Below, one piece after another: positions 59,852-64,000 of a stretch of 64,000 bases of DNA. Position 1 is the stretch's first letter. Every line of letters begins with the position of its first letter. This DNA comes from the human T2T-CHM13v2.0 reference genome, Homo sapiens. A program made the position numbers and the translations under genes. A model generated the notes under the pieces. The model did not search any database, was not told where the DNA came from, and was given only the letters and a program-made list of their open reading frames with translations. The stretch is from NCBI RefSeq assembly GCF_009914755.1, contig NC_060925.1. One strand, given 5' to 3'.

Positions 59852-62800
59852 CCACCTTCCAAATCCTATTCCAATTCTATTAGGGGCCATGGATTTCTCA
59901 GTTCCTCCCCATGTTTCCATGTCCCTGTACTTCCATCTTCTCTCCCATTTGATCAGGCAGCTTTGTTCTCTGTTCTTTTCAAGCTTTCATTTTCACTGAT
60001 TTTCAGGAAAGCCAGACAATGATTTCTGAAAAACCATTTGGCCCACTGAAAGGACACAAAGCATTCTGGTTTCAGAGGCTGAAAGAACGTAATAGCTAAA
60101 AGGAATCAAATCTTAGAGGCTGGCTAGCCTAATTCCCTCATTTTTCCAAATAAGCAAACTGAGGTCGAGGGCAGGTAAGCACCTTTGCAAGGTCATTCAC
60201 CCAGCTGCTAACAAAGCTGGCTCCATCATCCACGTCTACTAACTCAGATGTTGTGTTCTTTCCTCAGAACTCCAAACCTCCTTTCACAAAAGATCTAACA
60301 TGACTTTTTATGAAGTTATACTTTTTTCTTTTTGAGACCAGGATCAGCAACTTCTTCAGTACGGTTTACCCCATGGGGCAAAGGAGTGATCTTGCATGCC
60401 ACTAGCAGGTGTATGCTTGGGTCTTTTATCAATATAGTGATTGACAAAAGAAGGAACACCACAATCCACAGCAAAAAGAGTTTCCAAGCCACGTGATATA
60501 TCTTTGAGTTAAGCTTAAAAAATAATAAACCAATAAAAATGAATTTTTAAAGGCAATGCTACTATGAAGAGGTGAAACAGATTCAGTCAATATAGATTAA
60601 AATAACTCCTCTTACGTTTATAGAACTCAACAGTTAACAAAGCCTTTTCACAAACATCAGATTATCAGAACATTAAAGCAGCAAGAAACACTATACAAAC
60701 TAGAGTTTCTAAACTCCATTCCACAGAGGCTGTGAGCTTCCAGAACTCCTTTACCTTTATACTAACTAGGAGATTAGCTATGTGCTGTTCACAAAATCTT
60801 TTTATTTTTGATGAACTCGTATTGTCATTTAATTTTTCTTATTTCTTGTCTATTAAAAAAGCTAAACAAATACATTAATAAAAGGGCACTCTTTCAGAAA
60901 TGTTTTTGAGTATCTGAAGTTAAGCTTAGTCTGCTCCTTCTCATAATGGTGATTAATTGCCAAATGTTTCAGCTGCAAATCCATTGTGTCTCTCATCTCA
61001 CACCCCTAGATGGGAACAAGGGTACATTTTGGAAAAGACTCAGCATTTCCGGGACTTATCATACGTAGCTCTGGATCCCTGTCTCCATTCTGGGAGGCCA
61101 ACCTTCTAATCTAGGTAGAAACTCAGCTAAATGTCTGGGGACTTCTTGGTCCCAGGAGTCAATAAAGACCAGAAGCCAAGGTGCGAAGAGACCCCTGACA
61201 GAGAACAGTTGCTGGGTCTAGATTTATTTTGAATTAGGAAAGTCATACGCTTTTAAGACAAGGAATGGCTGGAGATCACAGAACAAATCCTTTCTATCCC
61301 CATCACTAACAGACATTTAAGGTGAGCCAAGGTAGATGAAGTCTCTCTCATTCATCAGAGTTCCTGGGAAGGAGATTCAGTAACCCTTCTCTTCTCACAT
61401 TCTTCTAGTACCCTATCTATTGGAAAAATACTCCTTCCTCCTGACCCCATGCACTTCTACAACAATAAAGCCAGTTCACTCTGCTTAAATTCTTCAAAAT
61501 GATATAAAGATTTCAGTCACCTTGTTTTGTTTTGGGATACTTAGCTCAGAAAGTTGTGCACGAAGCTAAATCAAATCTGTGAATTTACCATCTATAATTT
61601 ATATAGAGTTTACAGTTTAGAAAACAATTTGAAATACATTATCTCGTTTGATTTGCTCCTTTCAATAGGCTTGTGAGAGAGATGAAACAAACATTATAAT
61701 CCTCAAATGACACACCATATAAAAATGTTTGAGAACTGGATTGTACTTTATAGAAATGAACTACTACTGCTTTACATGAGGAAGCCAGAGGAGGCATGTG
61801 ACTTCCCCAAGGTCACATAGTTAAGGGGAAAGCCAGGACTCAAACCACAAACTCTTGGCTTAAAGTACTTTGGTTTGATCCTCACATGAACTAACTTTGG
61901 GCAGAGGAAAGATGTTTCATGGATGCAAACCCCTAACCCTCCTGTCCATCTCAAAAACATTTGCCATGGGGGAACCAGGCTAACAGATATAGATGGCTTA
62001 GCAAAACTCATGACCACTCCTGTAAAAATAATTTAGTATCATTATCTCTGTTTGCAATAGCAAACACATTTTTAGAAACTCTTGAAAGGAATATATATTA
62101 ATGGGCAGTAAGTTGCCCATGGACAAAAACTGAAAGGGACATGAACAGCTACACTTTAGCCCATCTTTCAGTAACAACTGATTAACACTGAAAGATAAAG
62201 AATAGTTGCAAATACTTTATGCTTTCTATGGACCCAGGAGTCACTCTTGAACAGGGTGCTACAGGAGATGAAAGACTGCCAAGTAAATATTCCAAAATTT
62301 TCTTACTCTCAGCTACAATCTCTTTCCAAATACATAGTCCTTTATTATGTCATTTATTTTCTAGAAAATACACATTACCTAGGAAACCTTCTCTAATTGA
62401 CCTTATTTGACTACATTTGAAATTAACACGTGAATGTTGAAACAACCCGCAATGAAATAATTTGTACTTGCTGATCTGTTCATTCACTCTAACATTCATT
62501 TGTCAAACATTTCTTGAGTACTCACCTCATGCAAGACACTAAGCTAGGCACACAGGATTTCATACAGGCAAACCAAACTGTCCCTGCTTGTGAGGGGCTT
62601 ACAGTCTGGTGTTGCTTTATGTGGTCTTCAAGAGTCTTACGTGTTTCCCAGTCCCCCAGTTGCATGCTCTCTCTGTGAGCAAGTACTGTACACCTTAATT
62701 TTCTAAAACTCTCCTATAGCACCTTACACTAGGCTCTCTACACAGCAAACTGATAAACTGAAAGAATACTAGACTCCATAATCCGCAGCGTATTATTCCT

Positions 62801-63249
62801 TTCAGTGTGATTTAAATCTGTAAATTATTTAAAATCCATAGAGTCTTGAGGCTGATGTTGCCCAAAGTTACAATTGAATAAGCCTACAGTTAAGGGAGTA
62901 AGATTCAGTGCAGCTAGCTGGGGATGTCTGAAGGGGATCTGAGTCCTACCACTCTTAATGGGGAAGAGAATCAGGCAGGGTGGAGGTGAGGAATACCCTT
63001 ACCCTGCAAAGCTGCACTATCTTACAAGAGAAAATAGTGCTTTAACTATAGGACTTACAGGTATGAGCCCCAAGACTGAACCCCCAAGGTAGGAGCCCCA
63101 AGACAGAAAAGTAGAAGGGAAGACCTTGACTGCTGACGGGCACTTTACCCTACTACCAAAGAGAAAGGAGAAAACGGTGCCCCACACATTCTACAGGACC
63201 AGTACAGAAGCCTAGTTAGACATGATGGGGCAATGAAAGAGCTACAGAT

Positions 63250-63465
63250 TCAGACTCAGAAGACCTGTGTTTGAGTCTTTGAGTCCAGATTCTGCCACTA
63301 GCCAGGCAAGATGGCACTGGGCAAGCCAGGTAGCCTCTCTGAGCCTCAGTTTCCCCTTCTGTGAAACATGAATAATAACCTCTGATGCTTCTGTCTACCT
63401 CACACAGAACCACTGTGAGATTCAAATGAGATATGTTCTACGAAAGCACTTAGGAAACTGTAATG
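63250..63465 (+). mobile_element. MIR
   Basis: CTGGGCAAG...CCTCTCTGAGCCTCAGTTTCCCC...TGTGAGATTCAAATGAGAT. Confidence 0.8.
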
Positions 63466-64000
63466 TGCTGGGCAAATCCTGAGATTTTTATCTATGAGGA
63501 TATCCAAACCCCCAGGAGTGTCTCACATCAACCCAGGAAGGCTCACCGCCTCCTCCTTCTTGCACGCCCCCAAAACTTGGGTTCCCATCTTCTCAAATCC
63601 TTGCATTTACCAGAAAGAGTTCACCATCCAAATCTTAAAAAGGCAAGTGCACTAATTCTCAAACTCCAAGAGGATGAAAAGGGAAGAAGGGCAGCCATGT
63701 AAACCATTCCAATTCCTCACCTTGACACACCTCAGTTCTCCCTTTCCAAGGGTCAAACTGCAGAGAGGCCAACAGAAAGGAGGAAGGAGGTCTGAACTGG
63801 CCGTACATCCTTTGTGGCTGTCTGCCTCCTCTTCTCCACTGCCAAGTCAGTTCCCATCTAGGGACTGCTGAACTAATCTAAATGGGACTCTGAGGCAATA
63901 CAGAGATTAGTGCTTGAGAGAGAGAGATTATATGCATTTTAGGCCACATTCCACAACCAAAAGGAAATTATTATTAGCATGGATAACCGAAGGTGGACTG

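Noticed and set aside
62000-64000. ARHGEF11 exon 1 or promoter
   Set aside because: No CpG island and no sequence encoding MSVRLPQSID was found; it is inferred to be outside the window.

Overview
Human genomic DNA (a perfect AluYa5 is present) covering the 5' part of ARHGEF11 (PDZ-RhoGEF) on the minus strand. Four canonical coding exons (6922-7013, 5179-5277, 1277-1326, 69-126) splice in frame to give ...LSSLSSLGDSAPERKSPSHHRQPSDASETTGLVQRCVIIQKDQHGFGFTVSGDRIVLVQSVRPGGAAMKAGVKEGDRIIKVNGTMVTNSSHLEVVKLIK, i.e. the N-terminus and PDZ domain. Everything above 7013 is one very large intron (intron 1). I found no ATG-bearing exon 1 or CpG island in the window, so it is inferred to lie beyond 64000. 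The intron is mostly Alu, L1M, L2, MIR, MLT1 and hAT relics, and nearly all ORF-track entries are repeat artefacts. The most notable hidden structure is a pair of frame-preserving phase-2 cassette microexons in intron 1 (33 nt at 8550-8582 and 15 nt at 7339-7353). They have strong GTAAG donors, long AG-free pyrimidine tracts and SRRM4/PTBP/RBFOX/QKI-type motifs, and could give four N-terminal isoforms. Other points of interest: a perfect 59-bp palindrome hiding an AAUAAA in intron 2, a full-length 7SL retrocopy 32 nt from the exon 2 junction, a possibly polymorphic AluYa5, close inverted Alu pairs, a TA-rich VNTR and weaker cryptic-exon and enhancer candidates. There is no prokaryotic, CRISPR or novel protein-coding system. 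Repeat subfamily names and most repeat boundaries were assigned by eye and are approximate.
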